DNA of 64,000 nucleotides from the human T2T-CHM13v2.0 reference genome, Homo sapiens: the NCBI RefSeq assembly GCF_009914755.1, contig NC_060932.1. One strand, written 5' to 3'. Positions 29,160-42,729 of this stretch are shown in pieces; position 1 is the stretch's first letter; each line of letters starts with the position of its first letter. The notes beneath the pieces were generated by a model that saw nothing but the letters and a program-made list of their open reading frames with translations, ran no database searches and was not told where the DNA came from. A program made the translations under genes and the position numbers.

Positions 29160-29744
29160 GCCCCACGCCCTGTCAATTACAGTCTGAGCAAGCTTTCCTC
29201 AGGACGGTGCAGGCCCTGCTCTCTAACTCCAGCATGCTACCCACCCTTTCCGACACCTACATCCCACAGTGCAGCACCGATGGGCAGTGGAGACAAGTGC
29301 AATGCAATGGGCCTCCTGAGCAGGTCTTCGAGTTGTACCAACGATGGGAGGCTCAGAACAAGGGCCAGGATCTGACGCCTGCCAAGCTGCTAGTGAAGAT
29401 CATGAGCTACAGAGAAGCAGCTTCCGGAAACTTCAGTCTCTTTATTCAAAGTCTGTATGAGGCTGGCCAGCAAGATGTCTTCCCGGTGCTGTCACAATAC
29501 CCTTCTCTGCAAGATGTCCCACTAGCAGCACTGGAAGGGAAACGGCCCCAGCCCAGGGAGAATATCCTCCTGGAGCCCTACCTCTTCTGGCAGATCTTAA
29601 ATGGCCAACTCAGCCAATACCCGGGGTCCTACTCAGACTTCAGCACTCCTTTGGCACATTTTGATCTTCGGAACTGCTGGTGTGTGGATGAGGCTGGCCA
29701 AGAACTGGAAGGAATGCGGTCTGAGCCAAGCAAGCTCCCAACAT
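29160..29744 (+). CDS. TG: TG exon 10 (c.2177-2761; 585 nt)
   Basis: Acceptor cctccccag; PTPCQLQSEQAFLRTVQALL...RNCWCVDEAGQELEGMRSEPSKLPT; donor GTGAGC. Confidence 0.98.
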
Positions 29745-29771
29745 GTGAGCTAACGCATATGAAGAGTTAAA

Positions 29772-29805
<34 letters not shown>

Positions 29806-29806
29806 T
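29772..29806. repeat. (TG)n microsatellite 27 nt after the exon 10 donor
   Basis: About 13 uninterrupted TG units followed by tatgtgtgt. Confidence 0.95.
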
Positions 29807-30951
29807 TTAACATATAAAAAAGGATGTCTAGTGGGAGGGTATTGAGTGTCAAAGCTGGAATGGAGTTTAGAGATGGCTGAGAAAACGAAGGCTCACAGAG
29901 GGGAAGGGACTTCCCTGTATCAACACAGTCAGGTGTTGGCAAGATTGATAGAGTATATTTTAAAACTTTCATATAATTGATTACTTCAATCAGTGTCTTA
30001 GATTTTTACTGGATGTCTTCTGTGTGCAAGCATCTTCATCTTAGAGCTGATGAAGGCTATAAAAGTGGAGATGACCTGGCCCTCGTCCTCCTATGGTTAA
30101 TGTTTAGTAATCGCTCCTATGTTAGGTGTACCTTTTAATTGACCAATGAATATTACAGTGAACCTGCTACTTGCACAGAATGCTGCTAAATATGCAGGCC
30201 TCAGGAGAGTGCCACCTGAAGTGGCTTTAATTGATTTGGAAGGATTTAACTAAGGGACTGATTGGAGAGCCGGTAATTGAGGTCTATACATTCAGCTTTG
30301 TGGCAGACTTATGGGAAAGCTATGATATACAAGCCATAAATAGAATGAAGCTGACACGAGTTTCAGTTAAAATGCCTTATCCCCCTCAGCTGTGCCAGCA
30401 GTTTGAAAGAACAACCAGACATGTTCAACACTGTTATCACCAAATCCAAATCTCTCTAACCAGCCATTGCTAATATTATAGGTGATATGACAGCTGTTCA
30501 GTAAAATCTCTCAATTCATTCTTTGCAAGTTTAACATTGTCTGGACCTTCCTGAGTAATGTTAAAATCCATTAGACTATTTTGATATTAGCCAAATTTTA
30601 GGCTTTAGCAGCAACTGGGTTTTTAAAATGTCGGGTGAAAGTACCATGTGATGAGAACGGTAATACCCTTGGCATTTTGAACAGCCCAGAGATGACAATG
30701 CAAGGATTCTCCAATCAAATGTCAAGTTCCAGCAATAGAACCCTCAAGGTTAACACATTGATCTTGGCCTGACTGTTAGATAAGAAGTCTTATTTATTTT
30801 TGTGGTATTTGTAGAATCATTCTCCATACCAGTGGTCAGGTCTCTTACATGGGGACATTCCTATAATTTTAAATTATCTAAGACTAAATTTGGTCCTATT
30901 TGTATGCAATTTTAGGAGCATGAGTTGTTGATACCAAAAGTACCTAGTAAC

Positions 30952-31233
<282 letters not shown>

Positions 31234-31577
31234 TTTAGTGACTAGTCTTACCTTAGTCTGAATGCTGGATAGAGTGTTAGAACTAGACTTAGAGTAATTG
31301 GCTTTTTTTTTATTGAGTAACAAGAGACTGGATACAAGATCATCCATTAGGGAGAAAATGTTAGAACTTCCATCTCTATTCAGTATTTCCTATCTTCCCT
31401 TCACATTTCTATTAATATTTTCATTTTTGCAATTAAATGTTTAACAGCTGAAACAGCTAAAAATCTTCATGTAGTGTATTATTTTAGTAGTATGTGTATA
31501 TGCCTTATAAAGAAATACCCATTTTTGGGGGGGGTGCATATTCAAACTCTTTTGTTGATAAGGGTATGCAATTGAAA

Positions 31578-31733
31578 GGGTTTGATACTCAAAGTGTGGT
31601 CCAGCAGCATTGGCATTCACCTTGGGAACTCATTAAAGATTCAGTATCTCAGACCCCACCTATTGAATCAAAACCTGCATTTCTACAATATTCCCAGGGG
31701 AATTCAATGCAGCCAAAAGCTTAAGGAGGACTG
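31578..31733. mobile_element. MER5A-like hAT relic
   Basis: ctcaaagtgtggtcc..cagcagcattggcat..gggaact..agaccccacctattgaatcaaaacctgcattt. Confidence 0.7.
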
Positions 31734-32483
31734 GCCTGGAGGACAGAACAGTAGCTGTCTTGTACCATGGTTCTACCATCTACTGCTCTGTGACCTAAGA
31801 GAGGCTCTTTTGAGTCTTAGAGTCATCTGTAAAATCTGAGTTACAATACATAACTGCCTCAAAGGCTTGTCGGAAGAATTACTAAAAGTAATAGATGTAA
31901 AGTGCTAGACTTGGCACACAGGAAGTACTTAATAAGTGATGGCTGGATTAATACAATTGATAGTGAGTAACGAAGGGACCAATAACTTCCTACATGCATC
32001 ACCCACACGGGTGATGGCTCAGGCCTCTAGGAGTTTGAGTCTGCATTGCTATCTCTGGCCTGTTTGAAATTTTGCTTGCTTTATTTAATATGTGTTTATG
32101 AACTGCCTACTGTGTGCACTGTACTGTATGATGGGAAGACAGTCAGGTGAAGGATGGTGTCTGCTCTGAGAAGCTCAGAGACCAGTGGGGAAACCAAGGA
32201 TGTTATCAGGAAAGTAATAAATGGCAATGGTGGAACAGAGGTATGTACGTGGAAAATGCGGTGGAGGGCGCTCAGAGAAAGGGGCTACTAACTCATTGAA
32301 GATTGGGGTAAAGATTAGCTTGACCCCAACTACTGGGATGATTCTTGAGAGGAGTTTGTCCAGTTGCAGATGTGGCAGGCCCTTTGGGACAGAGGAAATA
32401 GCATGCACTGAGTCAATGAAGCTGTGAGTGAGGTGGAGGAAAGGTTATAGACGTAGGAGGGGAGGGGATGCAGGAGGGAATGA

Positions 32484-32967
<484 letters not shown>

Positions 32968-33389
32968 TGAACAAAAAAACAATAACTTCAAATTCTGGAA
33001 GTCAAAGTTTTCTGTTGATCCCATGCTCTCAAAAGAATCCAATGACACCCCCACTGTTGAATTCACAATGTGATGTTTGAAGTAAATTTGGCGAGGGTGG
33101 ATTTTGCTAAGTGACACTGCCAAGGACAGCATGTGCCAGATGCTGTGCCAAGCACTTCAACTGCAACACTTAAAAGGCTTATTACAAAACCCCATGGACT
33201 AGATGCCCCAATTTTTCCCATTGCACAGATCAGGAGGCTGAAGCTCGGAGAAGTTAAGTGCATTATCCCTGGTCGCACAACTAATAAATGACCCAAAAAT
33301 TGAACACAAAGGTCTTTGAGTGCCACAGTCTTTCCTCTTCACAGGAATAACTCTCTGCTAACTTACAGTGCCTCCCTTCAACTTTTGAT

Positions 33390-33437
33390 ATCCATCCATC
33401 CATCCAACCATCTATCCATGCATCCATCCATCCATCA
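33390..33437. repeat. (CCAT)n simple repeat
   Basis: atccatccatccatccaaccatctatccatgcatccatccatccatc. Confidence 0.8.
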
Positions 33438-33809
33438 TCTGCCTATCCTTCATTAGAGACAGCTAGTCAAGATCACTATTCCCAGAGTGAGACTGTCTAG
33501 ATTGAAATTCTGAATCAGCTGCTTGCTAGCTGGGAACTCGTTTAAATTATATGACTTCTCCATGCCTCAGTTTCTCATCTGTAGCATGAGAATAAGAATA
33601 TTTTATTGGGCTGTTGCATCAATTAGATTGTCTGCGTAGATGTGCTCAGGATGATGCCCAGCATGGAGCGAGTATGAGCTATTACTCATCTTATGCAGTG
33701 GTTCCTCCACAAATGGTGACTGAATGGGAGTGTGGAGGCAAAACAAGGAACATTCCAGGTTGTGGAAAGAGCTGCTGCGAAGAAAACAGCTGAGGCAAAA
33801 ATGTGCTCA

Positions 33810-34785
33810 CGTGTGGGTGTGTATTGTGTAGTGTGTGTATGTGTGTGCTGTGGTGGGTGTTTATGTATGTGTGTGTGGTGTGTGTTTATGGGGTTTGTGT
33901 ATTTCTATATGGGTGTATGGTGTGTGCACTTATGTGTGTGGTATGTGCATAGGTGTGTGTGTATGTGTATGAGTGTGGTGTGTGTGTTTATGTGTGTGGT
34001 GTGTGTGTATGTGTGTGGTGTGGTGTATGTGTGTGTGGTATGCGTGTGTGCATGTGTGTGTGGTATGCCTGTGTGCATGTGTGTGTGGTGTGGTGTGTGT
34101 GTACTGTGTGTGATGTGTGTATGCATGTGTGTGTACTGTGTGGTGTGTATGTGTGTGGTTGTGTGTATGGTGTGTATGTGGGTGGTGTGTGTGTGTGTGG
34201 TATGTGTGTATGGTATGTGATGTGTCTTGAGTGGTGTGTGTATGTGTGTGGGTGGTGTATGTGTGTGGTGTTCATGTATGTGTGTGGTATATGTGTGGAG
34301 GGTGTGTGTGTGGTGTGTATTTGTGTGTATGTGTGGTGAGTGTGGTGTGTGTGTGGTGTGTATGTGAGTGTGTGTGGTGTGTATGTGTGTGTGGTGTGTA
34401 TATGTGGTGTGTGTGTATGTGTGTGGTGTGTATGTGTGTGGTGTCTGCGGGGGTGGTGTGTGTGTATGTGTACGTGTGGTGTATGTGATCTGTATGTGCA
34501 TACTGTGTGTATGGTGTGTATAGGTGTGTGTGGTGTGTTTGTGGTGTATATGTGTGTAGTGTGGGGGGGTGGTGTGTATGTGTGTGGTGTGGTGTGTGTA
34601 TGTGTGTGGTGTGTGGTGTGTATGTGTGTAGTATGGGGGGTGGTGTGTATGTGTGTGGTGTGGTGTGTGTGTGGTGTGTATCTGTGTGTGTGAGGGGGTG
34701 GTGTGTATGTGTGTGGTGTAGGGGGGTGGTGTGTATGTGTGTGGTGTGTGTGTGTGGTGTGTGTGTGGTGTGTATGTGTGTGCGT
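33810..34785. repeat. ~1 kb degenerate GT-rich tandem array (GTGTGTG/GTAT/GGTGT units)
   Basis: Near-continuous G/T repeats ending about 80 nt before the exon 11 acceptor. Confidence 0.97.
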
Positions 34786-34865
34786 GAGGGCACACATGCT
34801 TCATGGGAGTCAGAGGGAAGTCCACGTGGTGAGTGAGTCCATCTGTGTTATTTTTATTCCCCTAG

Positions 34866-35105
34866 GTCCTGGCTCCTGTGAGGAAGCAAAGCTCCGTGTA
34901 CTGCAGTTCATTAGGGAAACGGAAGAGATTGTTTCAGCTTCCAACAGTTCTCGGTTCCCTCTGGGGGAGAGTTTCCTGGTGGCCAAGGGAATCCGGCTGA
35001 GGAATGAGGACCTCGGCCTTCCTCCGCTCTTCCCGCCCCGGGAGGCTTTCGCGGAGCAGTTTCTGCGTGGGAGTGATTACGCCATTCGCCTGGCGGCTCA
35101 GTCTA
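34866..35105 (+). CDS. TG: TG exon 11 (c.2762-3001)
   Basis: Acceptor tattcccctag; PGSCEEAKLRVLQFIRETEE...DYAIRLAAQS; donor GTGAGT. Confidence 0.97.
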
Positions 35106-35628
35106 GTGAGTGTGGTGCCCTTCAGCTTTCTTACTGCATCGCTTTGGAAAAGCAGGAGCTTAAATTCGTCTCTCCTCAGTCATCCTTAGGACTTTGTGGT
35201 TTGGCTTCCCCAGACTGATGGGTTCTTGGGAAGGAAAAGGCAAAGTGGTTTGGGGGCACCAGTCAAAGCTGGAATGCTGCACGCATCTCTAAAATGCTCC
35301 TTAATTCTCCAGCGAATCTACCCTAGGGCAGGTTTCAGATGGCACCTGCCGCTCCCACAAAGCCAATATTCTTGTTAAAATGCGAGGGACCCAAGCCCGT
35401 GAATGCTCAAACACCCCTTACGGCCTGCTCCAAAGCTTCCCTCCATTTCCAGGGATTCAGGAACACCACACAGCAGGAGGGGAGAGGAAGCCTCGATATT
35501 AAGTAACTATGACACATTGATCTCATCTGATCCTGAGAGTAACTCCAAAAAGCAGGAATTACTACCTGCATGCGACAGAGGCATAAGCTCAGGGAGCCTG
35601 CAGTCCTCTGGTCTATAATAACAGCTGA

Positions 35629-35931
<303 letters not shown>

Positions 35932-38824
35932 TAACCAGCTAAACAATATTCTAACTTCACCTTTGAGCAGGCACTTACTGTGCTAAGTAGATTATCAGAT
36001 CTTCACATTTAATCCTCTGACAGCTCCAGGAGAATGATGGTATAATCACCATCCACAATTCTTTGCAAATGGGGAAATGGAGTCTGAGGTTAAGTCACTT
36101 GCCCGAATTCACACAAGTGATAACCAGTGGGCCTGGATGGGAAGCCCAGAGACCTGGTCCTCCAGTTCATCTCTCCTGTTCCCTGCCAGGCAGATTCCAG
36201 GTATTGCTGAGGTCAGTGCCTAGCTCTGCCTCATCCTAGAGCCCTTGTTCTTCCTCCATAACCTCACAGCTGCTCTGGCAGGAGAACAGGTCCCTTCCAA
36301 GATTTCTCACTGACCCCACATCAACTTGACAAGGACAAATGATTAATCTGTCTTTGAATCTTACTCAGGATCCCCATCCCTGTCAAATGGTCTCAGCTGA
36401 TTCCCTGTCTAGCTTTCTAGGCTTGAGTCACCAAACAGCAAGACAGTCCTCCCCTGACAACATCTGCTCCAAGTCAAAGAGAATCCCTCCAGCAGGAGGG
36501 CAGCTCCCTGCCTTCCCATCCACGCCAGCAGGCACTCCAGGGTGTCTATGGCCAGCGTGGGATTGGGTCTCAGTGATCTTTGTTCTCCTAATACCACGTG
36601 ACAATCTCATGTGTGCCATCTTTGTTTCCTGCTTCTCTCTCACACCAGACATCTCTTTTGGAGAACAAGGCACTGTGTCTTATTCTTTCTATATCCCTGG
36701 TGCGTGGCACAGTGCCTGACACCTACAAGGAGCTGAGTAGCTGGTGGTTAACCATCCTTATTGCTTTCTTCCTCCCTTCTTTCTCTCTCTTCCGTCCACT
36801 ACCCTCACCCTATGCCTAGGCACTGCTTTTCTCTGTTCCTCAGAGACTGGGAGACTTCTGCTTTTGGGAAGAACCATGTTGTTTTACATTTTTGTACAAA
36901 GACAGGATTTGAGGTAATCAAAGAGAGAAGTGGGATTGGTGCTCCTTCAGTTGTGACCACTTTGGTCAGGGAGGGAAATGTCGAGAAAGGGGAGGCAATG
37001 TTGCTGGTGCTGTTGAGATTAGTCATTGAATGGCATGTTGGCATTTTCTTCAGAAGTCGAGCTGAGAAGTTCCTCTCCAAGTAGCCACATGCTCCGCTTT
37101 GCATGTCTGAGCTTGTAGAGGAAAGAGGAAGGGACCATAGAGGACCAGGCCTGGTCTTTTCCCTGAGAGTCTGGGGATTGAGGGCCCAGAGCGAAGTGCC
37201 TTTGGCCACTAGAACATGGTAGCCATGTCTGAGGGCCTAATGAGCGTGGCGAAGGCCATGGGAGGAAATGCACACCGCTGTGTCTGGCAAGCACTTGGTG
37301 TTTAACACCTATCAGCTCCTTTGATGTAAATATCACAGTTGTCTTGTTAGGTGAGTGTTAGACCCATTCCATAGATGAGGAAACTGAAGCTCAGAGAGGT
37401 TGGGCAACTTGCTCATGATCACAGTTAGGAGGCGCAGTGCCGGGATTCAGAAGGAGGCCTGGCAGACTCCAGAACGCTGTCCACTGTATGGGGCTGCTTC
37501 AGAGGTCGGTCCTGGTGTCCCCAGATGGGCTCTGACTGTGAGTTGGTGGCATCCTTGTATCTGCAAGCTCTCTCGTCTGGAGCCATGAAGCCTGTTTCTG
37601 AAAGGTGGGGAGTGGGGAGAACTGTCCCAATGAACTGCAGGTGACTGCCAATGGTGCTGCCACAGATATTCCCGTTCTCCCTCCAGGATCCTGGTGAGGA
37701 GCCCCAACCTGCCCCAAGTGCCAGCAGGAGTGGAGAAAGAGCTCAGGCGACAGTTCATGGCCACTTAGGAGGAGGGTGGTGGTTGTGGCAAATCAGACTG
37801 GGCCTGGTAAGACCCACACCAAACTGATGTGTGTCCCACCCGCTGCCCACCCTTGCTTCTTCCTCTCCCCCTCATGCATTCATTCACGCTTTTTTCCCAA
37901 TCGGTGATTTCTTGAGTGCCTACTATGAGCCAGACACTCCTCTACATGCAAAATAAACACAAATCTCTGCACCAAAGAGCTTAAATGCTAGTGCGGAGGA
38001 GACAAATCTAACACAATAAATGGGAACACTATGTACTATGTTGGTGGTGGGGAAAGCCATGTGCAAAGCCCAGTGGGTCGGGGACTGCAAGAGCTGAGGA
38101 CAGATGCAGTTTCATTAGTGGGGTGGCCAGTGGTTCATCATATAACCTCCCTCGCTGAGCCTCTGTGTCCTCACCTGGGGTAAAAGTTCTGGCTTCATGG
38201 AGCTGCTGTGAAGATCTGATATGATTTTTGTGGATATCCAAGTTTCAAAGGGGTTAAAAACTAAACTGTAGGAGTTTGGTAGGGAAACCTACGAGGGCAG
38301 CTGATGTCAATCGCCCTCCTGTGTTCCAAGGCCAACCTCTCTTCTTTCTGTCTGTGAACCCTTGGTTAAGTTGCTTAATCCATCTGTGTCTCAGTTTTCT
38401 CATCCATTAAATGGGATAACATGACATTTCTTCAGATTGCTGTGAGGATTAAATTAATTAAGGTATGTATTTAGCTAGTGCCTCACACATAACATATGAG
38501 TATAGAGCCTACCTATTATTACTATTATCTCATGTGCCTGAAGACACTTCACTGACCTACTGATTTCTGTATGGAAGTTATTGTAGAGGTCTACTATAAT
38601 ATTCTTTCAAGCTTCAGCCTAAGTGTTATTCTTAAAGGACAATCTGTTGAGTGCCTGCCTACTGTGCAAGGAGCCTTTGTAATACTGTGGGTTGAAATGT
38701 TTGTCAAATAAATAAATAAGAAGGCCTCCTTATGTTGGAACCAGGACATACGTGGTTGTTCTCAGCTACAGAGCCCACACAGAGCAGGTGGTCATATTCT
38801 GCTTTTCTCCTTCCCTGACTCCAG

Positions 38825-38962
38825 CCTTAAGCTTCTATCAGAGACGCCGCTTTTCCCCGGACGACTCGGCTGGAGCATCCGCCCTTCTGCGGTCGGGCCC
38901 CTACATGCCACAGTGTGATGCGTTTGGAAGTTGGGAGCCTGTGCAGTGCCACGCTGGGACTG
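38825..38962 (+). CDS. TG: TG exon 12 (c.3002-3139)
   Basis: Acceptor ctgactccag; LSFYQRRRFSPDDSAGASALLRSGPYMPQCDAFGSWEPVQCHAGT; donor GTAAGG. Confidence 0.97.
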
Positions 38963-39344
38963 GTAAGGAGGGATAGGCACCTTCAGGTGGCCAAGTGACA
39001 CCCCTTTTTTATTTTAGAGGACAGAGCCCCACACTGGGAGGCAAGTGAGCTGGACTCTTAGGCTCCTCTTTAGCAGCTGGTGAAAAATTCCTTAGCTTCT
39101 CGGGCCTCCAGTTATCTCACTTGTGTAACAGGAGCAGGAAACTTCTACCAGCCTGAAAGACAAGTGGGTGGTTGCTGGGGGCATCAGAGTGATTGTGGAC
39201 AATGTCCGGCTGGGGGTCTAGACTGGGGACAGAAGGCGACCAGGCTTGCACTGCTATGAGTGAAGAAGGAAAGTTGTTTATGGGACACTCCAGGGTAAGT
39301 CCCTAGTGCAATTCCTGAATGTTCTCCCCTTGGCTCTTTTCCAG

Positions 39345-39422
39345 GGCACTGCTGGTGTGTAGATGAGAAAGGAGGGTTCATCCCTGGCTCACTGACTGCC
39401 CGCTCTCTGCAGATTCCACAGT
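39345..39422 (+). CDS. TG: TG exon 13 (c.3140-3217)
   Basis: Acceptor tcttttccag; HCWCVDEKGGFIPGSLTARSLQIPQ; donor GTAAGT. Confidence 0.97.
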
Positions 39423-39973
39423 GTAAGTGAAGACTGCAGAGTTCTCCTCCTGACCCCCCTTGGTGGGCATCACTGGTCTAGTCAGCTGTGGTTGCCTAAC
39501 CGCTGGAGACTCCATGGCCCAGCCCTTCAGCCAGGTCCCGGGTGCAGCCAGACGCATTTCCCAAGTCCCCAGGCCTGCAAGCTTGCGCTGACCTTGGCAC
39601 TTCCTAGTTGGAAGGCTCCCAGCTTTGCAGGTGGAAGGAAACAGCTGAGACTGTTGAAGGAGCCCTGGTTCTCCCCCTCTGTACATCTGCTGGGCAATTT
39701 CAGCCACTCCTGTAGTTTCAGCAACCGCCTCGCCTCTGAACCTGCAGCCCCAACCCCTCTTCTGAGGCTCAGCCATGTGTAATCCACAGTCCACTTGACA
39801 TCTCAAAGCTGGCATGTCCCACATGAGTCTTTGTCCTCAGAGATTCTACCTCTCTATGAAGAGCACCTGCATTCACCCAGGCTCATGACCCTTAAAGGTG
39901 GGGTCAGCCTGGGATCCCCTCTTTCTCTTGGCTCCCACGACCAGTCCTTTACAAGCACCTCTCTCTCCCACAG

Positions 39974-40086
39974 GCCCGACAACCTGCGAGAAATCTCGAA
40001 CCAGTGGGCTGCTTTCCAGTTGGAAACAGGCTAGATCCCAAGAAAACCCATCTCCAAAAGACCTGTTCGTCCCAGCCTGCCTAGAA
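39974..40086 (+). CDS. TG: TG exon 14 (c.3218-3330)
   Basis: Acceptor ctctcccacag; PTTCEKSRTSGLLSSWKQARSQENPSPKDLFVPACLE; donor GTAAGG. Confidence 0.97.
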
Positions 40087-41412
40087 GTAAGGGTCTGGAA
40101 GCACAGGATTGGAGCCGGGACTTGTCCCCGCTGGTCAGAGATGATTTTTCTTTTTGTTCAATACGTTCAGCTTAGTTAAAAGCTCACATGATGTTCTCAG
40201 CCTGGGTGTTTGTCTGGGCCTGCTAGAACCTGGTTCTGTGACCTTGGGCTATTTACTTACCTTTTCTGTGTCCCAGTTTGTTTTGTTTAATCATAAGATC
40301 AGGCCACATTTTGTCCTAGCTAATGCTAGGTTTGTTTTGAGACTCCAAGAAAATATCTTTCATAAGAACTCTTTGAAAAATAAACAAAACATGCTATCAT
40401 GTTTTTCCTAAAGGCATCTTGGCCAAGGCCCTATGCTTACAGTGTCCCAGGTTCTCAACACACACAGAGGACACCAGCTTCTTTCCCTCCCTAGCTCCCG
40501 GGGTGATTGTAACAATTCATAATTCAGCGAAGTACTGATGTAGAGCTCCTAGAGAACGAATTTATGCCCAGAACTTAACCACTTACTTGCCAAGTGAGGG
40601 AAATCTCTGGGCTTAGTGTCCTTTTTCTAAAATAGGATGGTAGGAACACCACCACCCACTCTGCTCAGCTTCCAAAGACTTGATGAGAAGCAGATGAAAC
40701 AGCAGTGTTGAAACTCATGAAACTGTACAGTACTAAGCAAAAGTTTCCTTATTATTGTTTGGTACTGTAAACATGGACCCACTTAAGCATAGTTTCATAG
40801 AGAAATTAGTCACTATTGTTTAGTTTTTTAATCTTGGCTGGAAAGCACCTACTGTTGGAATGCAATTCTGCTTCTCCTTCCTGGGCACTGATGCTTACAC
40901 AGAGAGAAGGAGAGGTAGAAGCCACAATGTCCGATGGTGGGAGAAGGGATTACAGAGTGGAGCTTAGAGGCGCTCTGAGGTGTGGTTTGCAAGGCCAGTT
41001 CCTGTGGAGGACTCTAGTACTTGTCAAAATCATTTCTGGAATTAGTGAGGCTGGTCCAGGAGCATGGCTAGGCTTTGGGTCTAGATGGGTTTGGGCCTGG
41101 ACCTGACCTGCCTCTCACTCACCAGCTGTGAGTTGTTGCCCCACTTTCCCTCTCTGAGAGATCTTCAGTTTCACCCACCCAAAAGCGGGAGAACTGTGGT
41201 CCATGCCTCATGAGGCTGTTGTAGCCGTCAATCAAATGATGCACGTAAAGGGCTGGGAACAGGAGAGCACCTCTCCCCACCTCCACATCTCTCCGTCTGG
41301 AGAAGCCATCACCTGTTGTTTTGGAAGGGACACTTTTGACATCTGCCAGCAGCAGGTTGGCCACTAGAGCATCTTGCCCACAGTGACTGACATGACCCCG
41401 GCTTTGTCTCAG

Positions 41413-41515
41413 ACAGGAGAGTATGCCAGGCTGCAGGCATCGGGGGCTGGCACCTGGTGTGTGGACCCTGCATCAGGAGAAGAGTTGCGGCCTGGCTCGA
41501 GCAGCAGTGCCCAGT
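41413..41515 (+). CDS. TG: TG exon 15 (c.3331-3433)
   Basis: Acceptor ttgtctcag; TGEYARLQASGAGTWCVDPASGEELRPGSSSSAQ; donor GTGAGT. Confidence 0.97.
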
Positions 41516-42528
41516 GTGAGTAGCAGCCCCTCCTGGCATGGCTTCTCACCTCTTCTGTGGGGCACTGAGCGTGGAGTCCAAAGAGCTGGCTTCGTGTCCC
41601 AGCTCTACTGCTTCCATAGCTGTGGGGGCACAGCTGCTGACCTCACTATGCCTCAGTTTTCTCATCTATGAAATCGGGGCAATATTCCCCCATCTCTGCA
41701 GTTTCTTGGGAGAAGCAAACGTGGGAGGGAGTAGGCTGTGCTTTGTGTCTGAGAAGTGCAAACCAGCATTGATCCCCATCAAAGGGGGCCCTAGGGCTTT
41801 GGAGGGCTGGCCGGATGTGTGGCCCTGCCGTCTGGTTTCCGCAGTGAAGCCCAGGTGATGTCCCCAAAGGGCAATGTGCAGATGTCCCTCTTCTGCCTAA
41901 ACACCATAAATGCTCCCATCATCTTCGGGGCCGTGCTTGAGCTCCCTGGAATGGCTCGAGGGCCCTTTGCATCTGGTGCTGGTGTGTCTTCTTCGACTTC
42001 TCTTTCTTCTCCATCAGTTGTGCTTCAGGGTGCAGTTGTGATAAATTCTGGTCAGACTTTGGAAAAAGGAAGACGCTTTCTTCCACCTGTGCCTTCACGC
42101 GTTCTGGCTGTGCCACCTGCAATATGTCCGTCTATCCCCTCCCCACCTGACAAATTCTTGCTCAGACCACACATCTGTCCCTCCAGGAAGCCTCTGCTGG
42201 CCTCTCTCTTCCTCTGTAGGCTCCTACACTGCACTATTGTTGCCTTTATTTCACAGAACTGTACCTGCTCACGTACTTGTTAACTCTCCTTTAAGACTCT
42301 AAGCTGCTTGAGGGCAGGCAGTGGAGGGGAGAGAGTACAGAGCTGAGCCAGGTCCAGTGTTTGCCTTGTTGTCATTCAACCTCCTGGTGGGGAGGCAGCC
42401 CCAGACCCCTGGAAGGCCCTGCAGGCAGGTGGGCTGAGGGTGGCCGTGGGTGGTGAGGAGGGTGATTGGGCATCTGAGCAGGGAGTGGGCACTGATTCCC
42501 CAGCCCATCTGGCTTGTCTCTGTGTCAG

Positions 42529-42729
42529 GCCCAAGCCTCTGCAATGTGCTCAAGAGTGGAGTCCTCTCCAGGAGAGTCAGCCCAGGCTATGTCCCAGCCT
42601 GCAGGGCAGAGGATGGGGGCTTTTCCCCAGTGCAATGTGACCAGGCCCAGGGCAGCTGCTGGTGTGTCATGGACAGCGGAGAAGAGGTGCCTGGGACGCG
42701 CGTGACCGGGGGCCAGCCCGCCTGTGAGA
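42529..42729 (+). CDS. TG: TG exon 16 (c.3434-3634), type-1 repeat
   Basis: Acceptor tctgtgtcag; PSLCNVLKSG...VQCDQAQGSCWCVMDSGEEVPGTRVTGGQPACE; donor GTAAGT. Confidence 0.97.

Noticed and set aside
33732-34836. Long His/Thr-rich and Cys/Val-rich ORFs (up to 306 aa) on both strands
   Set aside because: Translations of the GT-repeat array, which lacks stop codons by composition; no splice or promoter support.
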